A model generated the notes under the pieces. It was not told where the DNA came from, searched no databases, and saw only the letters and a list, made by a program, of their open reading frames with translations. From Candidatus Thorarchaeota archaeon (lineage in GTDB: Archaea; Asgardarchaeota; Thorarchaeia; Thorarchaeales; Thorarchaeaceae), in assembly GCA_048884785.1 (NCBI GenBank), contig JBHLQM010000024.1:1-43596 (forward strand): 43,596 nucleotides of DNA, in the 5' to 3' direction. Positions 26,089-35,370 of this stretch are shown one piece after another. The translations under genes and the position numbers were made by a program. Within the stretch, counting starts at the first letter, position 1. Every line of letters starts with the position of its first letter.

Positions 26089-26379
26089 CTAGCCTCCGAC
26101 GGCAGCAATCATGAATACAATTAAATCTCCTTTTTTCACGCGGGTCGCGAGACCCTCTTTCGATACCATATTTGCGCCATTTATCAGAACAACAGTATCT
26201 CGTCGTAGAGTTCTTGTTTCATTGTCCTCAAAATAGACTTCGAATTTTTCTCCGAAATCCTCGTAAAGGTGATCTATCAGGGAATATATCGTGGTATTCT
26301 CTGCTACATCGTAGGGGAACATATCATGTTCTTTCGAGTGCAGACCTTTGGCCATCAATTTGACAAAGATTTCAGCCAG
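26089..26379 (-). CDS. MoaD/ThiS/SAMP ubiquitin-like sulfur carrier
   Basis: VVLING...GLATRVKKGDLIVFMIAAVGG C-terminal diglycine. Start estimated at CTG 26379; uncertain. Confidence 0.85.
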   Translation of the reverse strand: MAEIFVKLMAKGLHSKEHDMFPYDVAENTTIYSLIDHLYEDFGEKFEVYFEDNETRTLRRDTVVLINGANMVSKEGLATRVKKGDLIVFMIAAVGG

Positions 26380-26562
26380 TATTCTACACGCTCCGCTATA
26401 AACGTACCAAGAACCAATATTAAAGTGATGTATTTTGACATATCTCATCTGTATAAAGCAGTAGTTCAAAAGGTATATGAGTAGCTAATGAAGCCTAAAG
26501 ACAAGCGCAAAAGAACTTTAAATTGCAGAAACATCACACCACAAAGACAAAGAGGACAGCTG

Positions 26563-27342
26563 ATGGCATTGATAGAAGATAGGGAAGCACAACGACTTAC
26601 ATTGAAAAAATGGCTTTCAAAGCATGCAAGAGATAAAGCTGTTCATTACACTGATATAGCAGAGGCGCTGGGGAGGGATCCTGCATCGGTATCGGCTTCA
26701 CTCTCTATTGAGCGGAAGCAGGCACAGAAAGATGATAGACCCGCATATTTCTCGAGAAAAGGCCCCGGATTGTATCAGTACAACGAGTTGTGTGAAGGAG
26801 CCATTGATGAGGACTCAGTAAAAGAGGTTCGAAAACGGGCTGACGAGTTCAATATGGTGACTCGCAGCAAGCTGAATCAGGCAATAGCTGAATTAAGCTT
26901 GGACGCCTTTGGCAAATTGGCTCGTATTATCCTTCTTAACGTCAGAGCTAGAATGGAAACAATTGAAGAAAAAGACCTCTATAACAATACACTTGTCCTA
27001 ACTACTTCTTGGCTGGATGATGGCGGTCGAGCACCAGTTGTATTTCATGTTAAGAAATGCGATCTTGATGAGGAGATTCAGAAAGAAGCAATTCTCGAAC
27101 TGAGGGGAGCGCTTCAATCATACGGTGCCAATCAGGGTGTGCTTATTTCAAACGGCATAGTCAATGAAGAGGGAAGAAGAGAGGCTCTTGTCCCAGGAGT
27201 GTCTGTATCTCCCGTTCACATAATGGACAAAGAAATCATCCTGAATATCCTCATAGAGAGCAGGACTGGTATCAGAACGAAAAAAGTAGAGGTATTCCTT
27301 CACGACAAAGATTTCTTTGAGCGCCTTGAGTTGATGGAATAG
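26563..27342 (+). CDS. HTH plus Mrr-like restriction-endonuclease-fold protein (catalytic motif degenerate)
   Basis: VHYTDIAEALGRDPASVSASLS...YFSRKGPGLY (HARE-HTH-like); LSLDAFGKLARIIL, ILELRGAL, GVLISNG, IMDKEIILNILIE; GAGGA SD before ATG 26563. Confidence 0.75.
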   Translation: MALIEDREAQRLTLKKWLSKHARDKAVHYTDIAEALGRDPASVSASLSIERKQAQKDDRPAYFSRKGPGLYQYNELCEGAIDEDSVKEVRKRADEFNMVTRSKLNQAIAELSLDAFGKLARIILLNVRARMETIEEKDLYNNTLVLTTSWLDDGGRAPVVFHVKKCDLDEEIQKEAILELRGALQSYGANQGVLISNGIVNEEGRREALVPGVSVSPVHIMDKEIILNILIESRTGIRTKKVEVFLHDKDFFERLELME

Positions 27343-27556
27343 GAACTCTTCGTTTTCCTTCCAAATTGCTAATCGACGAAGTTTTATTCGGCTACTTTCT
27401 ATTGAGATTTATTAATTTCTACTTTAAGATAAGTTAGAATATTTGCCATTTATTTTTCTAATAAGGTTTTAATACTGGAATGTGTCTTATTCTGTCTTAT
27501 CACGGAGAGAGAAGTATCACCGTGAGAGAGAAAACGTATTTGGAGAATCCCGAAAA

Positions 27557-29107
27557 ATGAGCGATGATCAGCTCCTATTCGTAAGGGAAAGCTCCGGTCT
27601 AGTGAAAGAAGTAGGTCCGTGGTTCGCCCTGCTATTGCCCATAGCACTGACCGTGGGTCCATACTTTCACTTTGTGGCACCACAAGTTAGCACCTGGTTT
27701 GCAGGTGCACACCTCGTCCCTGTCTTCGCTGTGGGTACATTTGCGATCCTCTTCGAAGGCATTGGTACGATGTGTCTGATGCTTGCGATGCCTCGATCGG
27801 GAGCCTCCTACCACTTTGTAGGTAGAGGCCTGAGTCCAATCTTCGGTGTAATGGAAGGTTGGCGCAGTGTAATCACAAATCCCGTATTCCGTGGGTCCGC
27901 TAGCTTCTTCTCCGCAAAGGTCACTGGTGGTGGTCTTGTTGCGATTGGAATTATTAGCGGAAATGATGCCATTTTGGCGGCTGGCAACGCATTGTCAAAT
28001 GACATGGTCGTTCTAGTCGTTGTGGCATTGATTCTGACCTTCATTGGCTTCATATTTAGCTACTTGAGCGTTAGAATCCTCGGATGGTTTACGGTGATAT
28101 TGGGACTCATAGTAATAGTATTGCTATTAATCTCAGATATCATTCTGATTACAATGCCAATAACTGAGGCCTCGTGGGACACATTGTTTGCCGGAACAGG
28201 ACATGAAGTTGCAGATCTGCAGGCGGCCTCGTGGATCGCAGACATAAATGCGTATACAACGTTAAGCTACTCAGCAGTTGCAGCCGCTCTGGTAACGGCA
28301 GTTGGTATTATGTGGCCATATCTCATCATGCCCATAGCAGGTGAGGTATCGCAACCCAGCAGGAATATTCCACTGAGCTGCATGGGTGGTGTTGTTGGTA
28401 TTGGTGGTCTCTTCATGCTCTCAGCCTACGCGGTTGAGGTTGGTATGGGTGAGCTACTATACTGGAACAATAGCGCCGGCACTACTGGAATCTTCCCAGG
28501 ATTTGGAAACTTTGCGGCAATTGCCCTTGGTCCTACATACGCAATTCTTGGTGCAATTCTGGTTATCCAGCCCGTATTGGCTAACACACTAGATGGACCA
28601 AGTAATGCACTGTGGGTGACACGTCCATTCCATGCAATGGCTATGGACAGGATGTGCCCAGAAGCATTTGCCCAGATTCATCCAAAGTACCACGTTCCAC
28701 ACAATTCCCTATACTTTTGGCTCGCCGTACAGATCATCATCATTGTGATGGCAGTCTGGTACGATGTGTCAATTGCAATTGGAGTGGCATTTACCTATAC
28801 GTTCATACGCTGGCAATTTACGCTGGCAGAGGTTGCATTGCCATACTATAGACCGACCTTATGGGAGAGATCTGGCGCTTGGACTATCCTTGGAATACCA
28901 TTGGTATCCATTGCTGGTCTTATTAGCGGTGCAGTATTCTTCTATGCCTTGATATCATTCACACCTTCAGCAGGAGTAGCATTTGAGACTCTATTCACAG
29001 TCGCAGTATACTTCTGGGGTCAGATGATGTACATGTACTACGGTGCAAAGAACAAGGCTAAGGGCGTTGATATGGCAGCTATCTTCGGACAGCTACCACC
29101 AGAGTAG
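27557..29107 (+). CDS. APC-family amino acid permease
   Basis: LFVRESSGLVKEV, AMPRSGASY, AGEVSQPSRNIP, RPFHAMAMDR...HPKYHVP, about 14 TM helices, ends in LPPE. Confidence 0.92.
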   Translation: MSDDQLLFVRESSGLVKEVGPWFALLLPIALTVGPYFHFVAPQVSTWFAGAHLVPVFAVGTFAILFEGIGTMCLMLAMPRSGASYHFVGRGLSPIFGVMEGWRSVITNPVFRGSASFFSAKVTGGGLVAIGIISGNDAILAAGNALSNDMVVLVVVALILTFIGFIFSYLSVRILGWFTVILGLIVIVLLLISDIILITMPITEASWDTLFAGTGHEVADLQAASWIADINAYTTLSYSAVAAALVTAVGIMWPYLIMPIAGEVSQPSRNIPLSCMGGVVGIGGLFMLSAYAVEVGMGELLYWNNSAGTTGIFPGFGNFAAIALGPTYAILGAILVIQPVLANTLDGPSNALWVTRPFHAMAMDRMCPEAFAQIHPKYHVPHNSLYFWLAVQIIIIVMAVWYDVSIAIGVAFTYTFIRWQFTLAEVALPYYRPTLWERSGAWTILGIPLVSIAGLISGAVFFYALISFTPSAGVAFETLFTVAVYFWGQMMYMYYGAKNKAKGVDMAAIFGQLPPE

Positions 29108-29115
29108 AACGCAAA

Positions 29116-29148
29116 GAGAGAGCTCTGCTCTCTCCTTCCTATTTTTTT
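29116..29148 (+). terminator. Hairpin plus T7 terminator
   Basis: GAGAGAGC-TCT-GCTCTCTC followed by CTTCCTATTTTTTT. Confidence 0.8.
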
Positions 29149-29166
29149 CGAATATGTTTGGCAATT

Positions 29167-30099
29167 CTAGTTACGACTAGGCTCTTCAATTGGCGGAAAA
29201 CCATCTCTACTTGCCTTGGAAACAAATGGTTTCAAATCATCCCAGGTATCATGTGATACTGATGGGAAGGACCAAGGCCGAATTAGCCTTAGTTCAGAGA
29301 TGGTATCATCCTGCAAGTACGCTTGATGTGCAGATTTCACTCTTTGCAGGATATCGTTGCGTTCATTATCGTCCCAGACCTGTTGGGTGAAGGTATAGCT
29401 ATCCTCGTGCCAGATATACGCTATTTGAGGGACCTCATCCGCCATTAGCGTTATTTCACGAATTAGCCGCCAAGGCCAAAATGTTGACATTTGCTTGAGT
29501 TTCGAACTATCACCTAGAACGAATGCCATCCCTTCTCTACACAACACCAATTCAGGGTCTTTCTCCTGGAATTTATCACGAGGTTTTGTTGATGGCCCCG
29601 CGCTGATCCAATCATGCCAATGCAATCGAATTCTATCTATTACCTCACATCTTTCAAGTACATACTTCACAACCCCAGTTGTTCCGTGATGTGCAAGTCC
29701 TGGTACGTTTTTGCGACCCAGCTTTTCTTCAGCATATTCAATTACCCTTGGAATGTCTTCTTTGCTGATGATTGCCCATATTTGGAAGAATGCCTGATCT
29801 GCAGCTCTCAGAAATGCAAAGAAGATACCAGCTGGGCCAATTTCCTTGTACCCCTTTGGTAGCGGTTCTCCCAAAGGCCATGTCATTTCATCCTTGCAAT
29901 ACATCACCTCGCTGCAATCAAATGAGACAATCTCATCCCATTTCACATTAAAGACCACACGGTAGGATCTCCCCTTTTTCTTTCTAGGAAGAATGAAATC
30001 AATCTGTTCAGAATTCATCCTTAATTCCGCTTGTTCGGATGAATAGGGATCAGCACATATGATATCCCAGTCAATGTATTCGCCATCATATTCTTCCAC
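29167..30099 (-). CDS. Hypothetical protein, possibly tandem PH-like domains
   Basis: 310-aa ORF with GGTGA SD; two related motifs VKWDEIVSF and WPWRLIREI. Confidence 0.6.
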   Translation of the reverse strand: MEEYDGEYIDWDIICADPYSSEQAELRMNSEQIDFILPRKKKGRSYRVVFNVKWDEIVSFDCSEVMYCKDEMTWPLGEPLPKGYKEIGPAGIFFAFLRAADQAFFQIWAIISKEDIPRVIEYAEEKLGRKNVPGLAHHGTTGVVKYVLERCEVIDRIRLHWHDWISAGPSTKPRDKFQEKDPELVLCREGMAFVLGDSSKLKQMSTFWPWRLIREITLMADEVPQIAYIWHEDSYTFTQQVWDDNERNDILQRVKSAHQAYLQDDTISELRLIRPWSFPSVSHDTWDDLKPFVSKASRDGFPPIEEPSRN

Positions 30100-30265
30100 A
30101 ATGATTCACCTAGCTAGAATTTCTTGATTCGGAAATACGAGCCCCTTTTGACTCTTTCTAGAAAATGCTTAACATTACTTTAATTTCCAAAGAAATTGCT
30201 GGGCACAAAGCTTATGTTTTGACCTGCTTCACACCCACTTAAGCTTCCTGACAGGACTGACTGAT

Positions 30266-30967
30266 ATGAGCAAACCAAAACCTCGAAAACCAACTACGCC
30301 TGAAGATCAGGATATTGCCTCTTTTGAATTCTCACCTGTGGGATTGGACCTAAAGTGGACAAAAGACATGATTACAGTCTTTGACGGGTATCGAATTCAC
30401 AGATGCTTTGACCTAACGTTTATAGAGAAGGCAATCGGACAAGGAGAACTCCCGCGTACCTTCATTGACCAATGGCGATTCATTAGAACAATTCTTCACA
30501 GGTTTGCCGGTGTGGCACCCAAGATTCCTGGAGTATTGAAGCAATATGAACGCCGCCAATTGCTGAGATATATTGCTACTTTCCTAATGGTAATTGCAGT
30601 TCCTTCTATTGTGGCAACATATGTCTTCTCCTTGACCTTCATTGCGTGGATTACTCTTCCAATAACGGCAATTGCAGTTGTCTTCTTTATCGCACAATGG
30701 ACTGCAGGGCATTATATCAACCTCAAGACTGCTAAACTAATTGAAACCTATTGGGCTGATAACCCTGGACTTCTGAGAGCCGAGCATTTAGCGCTCAAAG
30801 CATGGACCCAGCGCCTGATAGCAAATGCCAAATTTCGTCTGAGAAAGGACGAAGCGCTGCCCGAGAAAAATCCCATTAAGTTCTACAATGATGACTACGA
30901 AGGAATAGTTGTAAAAGCGACCCCAAATTGGTATAGAAAGCATTTTGTTGTTCACATAGCCATTTGA
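30266..30967 (+). CDS. Hypothetical 2-TM membrane protein
   Basis: 233 aa with a central hydrophobic hairpin; followed by a terminator hairpin. Confidence 0.7.
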   Translation: MSKPKPRKPTTPEDQDIASFEFSPVGLDLKWTKDMITVFDGYRIHRCFDLTFIEKAIGQGELPRTFIDQWRFIRTILHRFAGVAPKIPGVLKQYERRQLLRYIATFLMVIAVPSIVATYVFSLTFIAWITLPITAIAVVFFIAQWTAGHYINLKTAKLIETYWADNPGLLRAEHLALKAWTQRLIANAKFRLRKDEALPEKNPIKFYNDDYEGIVVKATPNWYRKHFVVHIAI

Positions 30968-30976
30968 AAGATTAGT

Positions 30977-31003
30977 GAGGGAAGTAAACTCTTCCCTCTT
31001 TCC
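30977..31003. terminator. Hairpin between convergent genes
   Basis: GAGGGAAG-TAAACT-CTTCCCTC-TTTCC. Confidence 0.7.
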
Positions 31004-32122
31004 TTACACTGCTTTTTCGATTTCAACGTAATCCACATTGAAGCCAAAATGCTTCGGACCTAGAACCTCCAATCCCGCCGGTTCCCTGAAAATTGGATGT
31101 GAAGCTTTCATGCCTATTACACTCACAACATCGCCTTTTTTGATGTCTGTGTTGGTGATAGGTTCTCCCGATTTCTGGTCTATGATTTCAATAATATCAG
31201 GACTCATAATCCACGGCCTGCCGTCAAGCCATGTCATGTGATTCTCATTCTTGAACCAGACCTTCATCTTGCTGCCAGGTTTTATACCAGAACCCTTGAT
31301 CTCGGTTTCACCAAACATATAGCCTTCTCTGTTCTCCCATTTTCTCCCCACGACTGTGCCCCTAAAGAGAATCCATCCACCATATTTTTCGACAATCCGT
31401 TCTGCAGGGTCATCGCCAGCACCTCGAGATTCTCTGATTGTCTTCCCGACTTCAAAACTGAGAGATAAAGTACCTGGGATAATCGCTTCATGGAAATCCT
31501 TTCCTTTTACGGGAAATGCAACATTACCAACTCTTCCCCATGCGGCCTCACTCAGAGCTTTGGAGATTCTCTCTCCCATCTCATAATTAACTATTTCATG
31601 AACAATGGTCTTGTTTCCATACCAATCTACCAGAGCAAGTGGAGCCATAGAATACCCCTTGGCACACACGGTGTTTTGACATATCTCGGGAACAGCGCGT
31701 CCAGAATAGTCTCCATCAACACACGGGATATCATGCTTGACTGCCGCATCAATTGGTGCCGGTGTGTTTACACCGCCTAATTCGAATGGGGCGGCGGCTG
31801 CGAATTTAACACCCATATGGTCCTCAAGCGCCTTGAGACCCTCAGCTAGTTCCAGTTCGAAATATTTCCATGGAAAACGCCTTCTCAAGGCTTCAATTTC
31901 TGTAGTTGGAGGGGCGATTGTTCCGGAATAATATGGACATGCTACCCAGTCATTGGTGCCTATTTTTTTAACATCTACTATCTGAATGACTTTACCTGCA
32001 TCAACATGAGGATAGAGCATATTCAGACCAAGGCCTTTATCGCCTCCACCACCCGTCCCAAAGAAAGTACATCCTGTTGTTAGGTCTTCAACATCAGTAC
32101 GTGTTTTCAGTTTGAGAGTCAT
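31004..32122 (-). CDS. DUF917 family protein
   Basis: GCTFFGTGGGG, PFELGGVNT, VDGDYSGRAVPE, FKNEN, PDII. Confidence 0.9.
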   Translation of the reverse strand: MTLKLKTRTDVEDLTTGCTFFGTGGGGDKGLGLNMLYPHVDAGKVIQIVDVKKIGTNDWVACPYYSGTIAPPTTEIEALRRRFPWKYFELELAEGLKALEDHMGVKFAAAAPFELGGVNTPAPIDAAVKHDIPCVDGDYSGRAVPEICQNTVCAKGYSMAPLALVDWYGNKTIVHEIVNYEMGERISKALSEAAWGRVGNVAFPVKGKDFHEAIIPGTLSLSFEVGKTIRESRGAGDDPAERIVEKYGGWILFRGTVVGRKWENREGYMFGETEIKGSGIKPGSKMKVWFKNENHMTWLDGRPWIMSPDIIEIIDQKSGEPITNTDIKKGDVVSVIGMKASHPIFREPAGLEVLGPKHFGFNVDYVEIEKAV

Positions 32123-32223
32123 GGTATAATTAACCACCTATAATCTAATTTAACAGGAGCATCTATCTGTTAAACCTGACTTTAAGTGTTCTGAAATTGC
32201 TTAGTATCAGAAGAAAGATGAGT

Positions 32224-32242
32224 GAGAAGCCAATGGCTTCTC
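32224..32242 (-). terminator. Hairpin downstream of the metallophosphoesterase gene
   Basis: GAGAAGCC-AAT-GGCTTCTC with a pyrimidine run after it on the minus strand. Confidence 0.6.
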
Positions 32243-32256
32243 GAAAAACTGCAAGA

Positions 32257-33204
32257 CTAGAGTTCTACACGTCCAGCTGTTGCCTTGCCATCACCAAGAG
32301 TGATTATGAAACCCTTTAGAATCCCTTCTCTATATTCAGAGCCTGGATTGACACATAAGGTTCTTCCAATGTTTGTAAAACCAACTGATTCATGAATGTG
32401 TCCGTGCATTGCAACAAGAGGCTGATATTTCTCGATAATCTCTCGTACAGCCTTACTACCTACTGGTTCCGTGAGGGCAAACCCACCAGAGTATTGAATG
32501 CTATGTTCTTTCAACTGCGGCGCAGTATCCAAAGTACTACCATACGGGGGTGCATGGAAATTGCAGAGCAGATTCTCATAATCGGCCTCGGTAACTCTAG
32601 CAAACTCCTCTTCTAGCTTTTCCTTGAGCTCCTCTTCCGGACATTCTCTATGAGTATCCCATGGAGTTGAATTGACATATTCCATACTGATTAGCTTGTG
32701 CTTGTCGGTGATATCAATAACTTGTTTGAGGGGATAAATGGCTCTTTCATGTTCTTTGATGACATCATCAATGACCCAGGGATCATCGTTACCAGGATTA
32801 ACAACTAGAACAACATTCTCAGGTATCATTTCTGCAGCCTGATCAAGCCACATCTTCATTCTTTCAACCATTAGCTTGTCAAAAAGTGCCTTAACCTTCG
32901 CTTTATCTTCTTGTAGGCCTGCAAGCTCCTCAGGAGTCAGAATCGCTGGGTAGTATCCTTCAGTAGATGTGAATTCAATGAATTTATCCAAGTCCTTCTG
33001 TTTCTTGAACACCTTTTTCTTTCCAAATGGTTGTGCAAACCACCTATCTTCCTTCTCTTTTATGATTGGCATTACAGCCTTTCCTGTAAGGTCACCGCAC
33101 ATCATGGCGACATCGACTTTGAAAACCGATGGTGCGCGACACATTTGGTGCCATGTTTTTATACTTCCATGCGGGTCGCATGCTTGAAATATCCTTAGAG
33201 CCAT
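32257..33204 (-). CDS. Calcineurin-like metallophosphoesterase (Icc-related)
   Basis: DPHGS, GDLTGK, PGNDD, FHAPP, HGHIHES, NPGSEY; GGAGG SD before ATG 33204. Confidence 0.9.
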   Translation of the reverse strand: MALRIFQACDPHGSIKTWHQMCRAPSVFKVDVAMMCGDLTGKAVMPIIKEKEDRWFAQPFGKKKVFKKQKDLDKFIEFTSTEGYYPAILTPEELAGLQEDKAKVKALFDKLMVERMKMWLDQAAEMIPENVVLVVNPGNDDPWVIDDVIKEHERAIYPLKQVIDITDKHKLISMEYVNSTPWDTHRECPEEELKEKLEEEFARVTEADYENLLCNFHAPPYGSTLDTAPQLKEHSIQYSGGFALTEPVGSKAVREIIEKYQPLVAMHGHIHESVGFTNIGRTLCVNPGSEYREGILKGFIITLGDGKATAGRVEL

Positions 33205-33329
33205 CTTATTATAGAACCTCCGAGGTCGAGTCACATTTTCTAATCTAGGTTAAGAGTCTAGTGGTTTGGACTTTAAGAAAACTTTCACTTTCTTATAGCT
33301 TCTTCGATAGGTATTAAAGAGAGCCTAAT

Positions 33330-34169
33330 ATGGTATCCGTGAACAAGATAGCAGTCTTCATGGAGAATCCTCTAATGGAAGGGAAATATGGAGCAAAATT
33401 GGAAGACTTTCAATCTGAAGCAATCAGGATTGTAAACGCAGCAGCACAGAATGGATGGCCTATAAGAATAATTGGGTGTCTTGCATTCAGAATAAAATGT
33501 CCGGATCATGTGGAATTGCACAAGGCCATGGGACGAGAGGTAACTGATATCGATTATGTTGCCTACTATAAGAATCAGCGAGGCATCATCAACATGTTCA
33601 GAGATGATTTAGGATACAACTGGATTCCTCCGGGTTTTGCCCGAGCAAGCACTCTCCGAGACCTTTTCGTAAATCCTAAGACGGGATTCAAGATTGATGT
33701 GTTTTATGATCATCTTGATTTTTGCCACACCATAGAATTCAAGGGACCCAAGCGTCTAGAAGTAGATCAGCCCACGATTCCTTTAGCTGAGCTCTTTCTT
33801 GAAAAAATGCAGATAGTTGAAATTAATGCGAAGGATTTCTACGACTTGATTATTACCTTTCTAACATATGATGTTAGTGAAACGCATGACGATTCAATTG
33901 TAAATGGTCATTACATAGGCAAACTCATGAGTGAGGACTGGGGCTTTTACTACACTGTAACAGAGAACATTAAGAAATTCCTGGCATTCGTACCAAAGGT
34001 CAATCAATTGTCTGATGAACAGAAGAAATTGGTTTTGGCCAGAATGAATAAGCTATACAAGATTATTGAAGATACACCAAAGTCAAAGAATTGGCATCGT
34101 AGAGCCAAAGTTGGAACCAAGAAACGTTGGTTCAAAGTTGTCCATATCATGGAAAGCGATAGAATCTAG
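33330..34169 (+). CDS. Putative Pol-beta-fold nucleotidyltransferase
   Basis: IRIIGCLAF...REVTDIDYV (G-x-x-A...D-x-D), KIDVF, LFLEKMQIVEINAKDFYD; start may be 33360 or 33375. Confidence 0.7.
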   Translation: MVSVNKIAVFMENPLMEGKYGAKLEDFQSEAIRIVNAAAQNGWPIRIIGCLAFRIKCPDHVELHKAMGREVTDIDYVAYYKNQRGIINMFRDDLGYNWIPPGFARASTLRDLFVNPKTGFKIDVFYDHLDFCHTIEFKGPKRLEVDQPTIPLAELFLEKMQIVEINAKDFYDLIITFLTYDVSETHDDSIVNGHYIGKLMSEDWGFYYTVTENIKKFLAFVPKVNQLSDEQKKLVLARMNKLYKIIEDTPKSKNWHRRAKVGTKKRWFKVVHIMESDRI

Positions 34170-34196
34170 TTTTAGTCAGTATGAGAGGAATCTATC

Positions 34197-35315
34197 ATGA
34201 AGATGTCAAAGCAGAATGCATATGACATGCTTACAGGCGTAGGAATTCTTGGCACTGGAGGCGGTGGGGATCCAGTTGGATTTGGAAAACCTATGGTTGA
34301 TTGGGACTACGGAAAAGACAGAGTGTATGAGATTATTGATCCCGACGAGATAAAAGATGATGCTTTCATAGTCTGCGGTGGATATATGGGCTCCGTTAGT
34401 GCATTCACATCGATTGGGGATATGCTGGAGGCATGGGAGTCTAGGTATGAGCTTCATGAGGCAATGAAAATTTCAGAGAAGATAACAGGAAAGAAAGTAA
34501 ATCACCTGGTGCCATTTGAGCTCGGCGGTACAAATACAACAGTCATGCTTTCTCTCGCATCTAGAGCAGGCATAACAACCGTGGATGGCGATGGCCTAGG
34601 AAGATCTGCACCTGAGACTCAGATGATCTCCTTTGTTGGATACGATATCTCTCTCTGTCCTATGCCTGTGGTTTCTAAAAATGGGAGTACTATCATTGTG
34701 GAAGAAACAACTTCTCCTGCTCTTGCTGATGAGATTGGAAGGTTTATGGTAGTTAACGATGGAGGAGCTGGAGCGAACAATCACTATTTTCAATCAGGTG
34801 TCCAGCTGAAGAAATCTGTTATCCCGAATAGCATATCAAAATCCATTGAGCTAGGGGAAGCTATTCGTGATGCAAATGCCTCCAGGCGCAATGCCATTGA
34901 TGCATTTCTCGATATTTCAGGGGGACGTGTTCTTACAACGGGCAAAATAGTCAAAGTAAAGGGAGAAGATCGTGCAGGTCATTGGCATGTTTCTGTTTCA
35001 ATTAAACCTGAGGATCTAAAAGGCAAGTTCGAAGTCGTAGTCAAAAACGAATACATGATGGTCACCTGCGATGGCAGGCCAGTTGTAATGTTCCCTGATT
35101 TGATATGCATGCACAATCCGGAGAACGGTCATGGTATTATGAGTTCTTCATTGAAAGAAGGAATGAGAGTAACTGTCACTGCTGTTCCAGCTCATGAACG
35201 TTTGCGATATGCAGGAAGTACTGAGATAGGAAGAAAAGCATTTTCTCCAGAAAGATATGGACATCCCGAGCTGATGTACAGGCCTATGGAAGAGATTATT
35301 TCGAACTTGCACTAA
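34197..35315 (+). CDS. DUF917 family protein (second paralog)
   Basis: GILGTGGGGDP, PFELGGTNT, VDGDGLGRSAPE, KNEY, PDLI. Confidence 0.9.
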   Translation: MKMSKQNAYDMLTGVGILGTGGGGDPVGFGKPMVDWDYGKDRVYEIIDPDEIKDDAFIVCGGYMGSVSAFTSIGDMLEAWESRYELHEAMKISEKITGKKVNHLVPFELGGTNTTVMLSLASRAGITTVDGDGLGRSAPETQMISFVGYDISLCPMPVVSKNGSTIIVEETTSPALADEIGRFMVVNDGGAGANNHYFQSGVQLKKSVIPNSISKSIELGEAIRDANASRRNAIDAFLDISGGRVLTTGKIVKVKGEDRAGHWHVSVSIKPEDLKGKFEVVVKNEYMMVTCDGRPVVMFPDLICMHNPENGHGIMSSSLKEGMRVTVTAVPAHERLRYAGSTEIGRKAFSPERYGHPELMYRPMEEIISNLH

Positions 35316-35370
35316 ATGCAAAGCAATCCTGTTCCTCTTCATTGAACATAGCTACAGCGGATGTGATATT

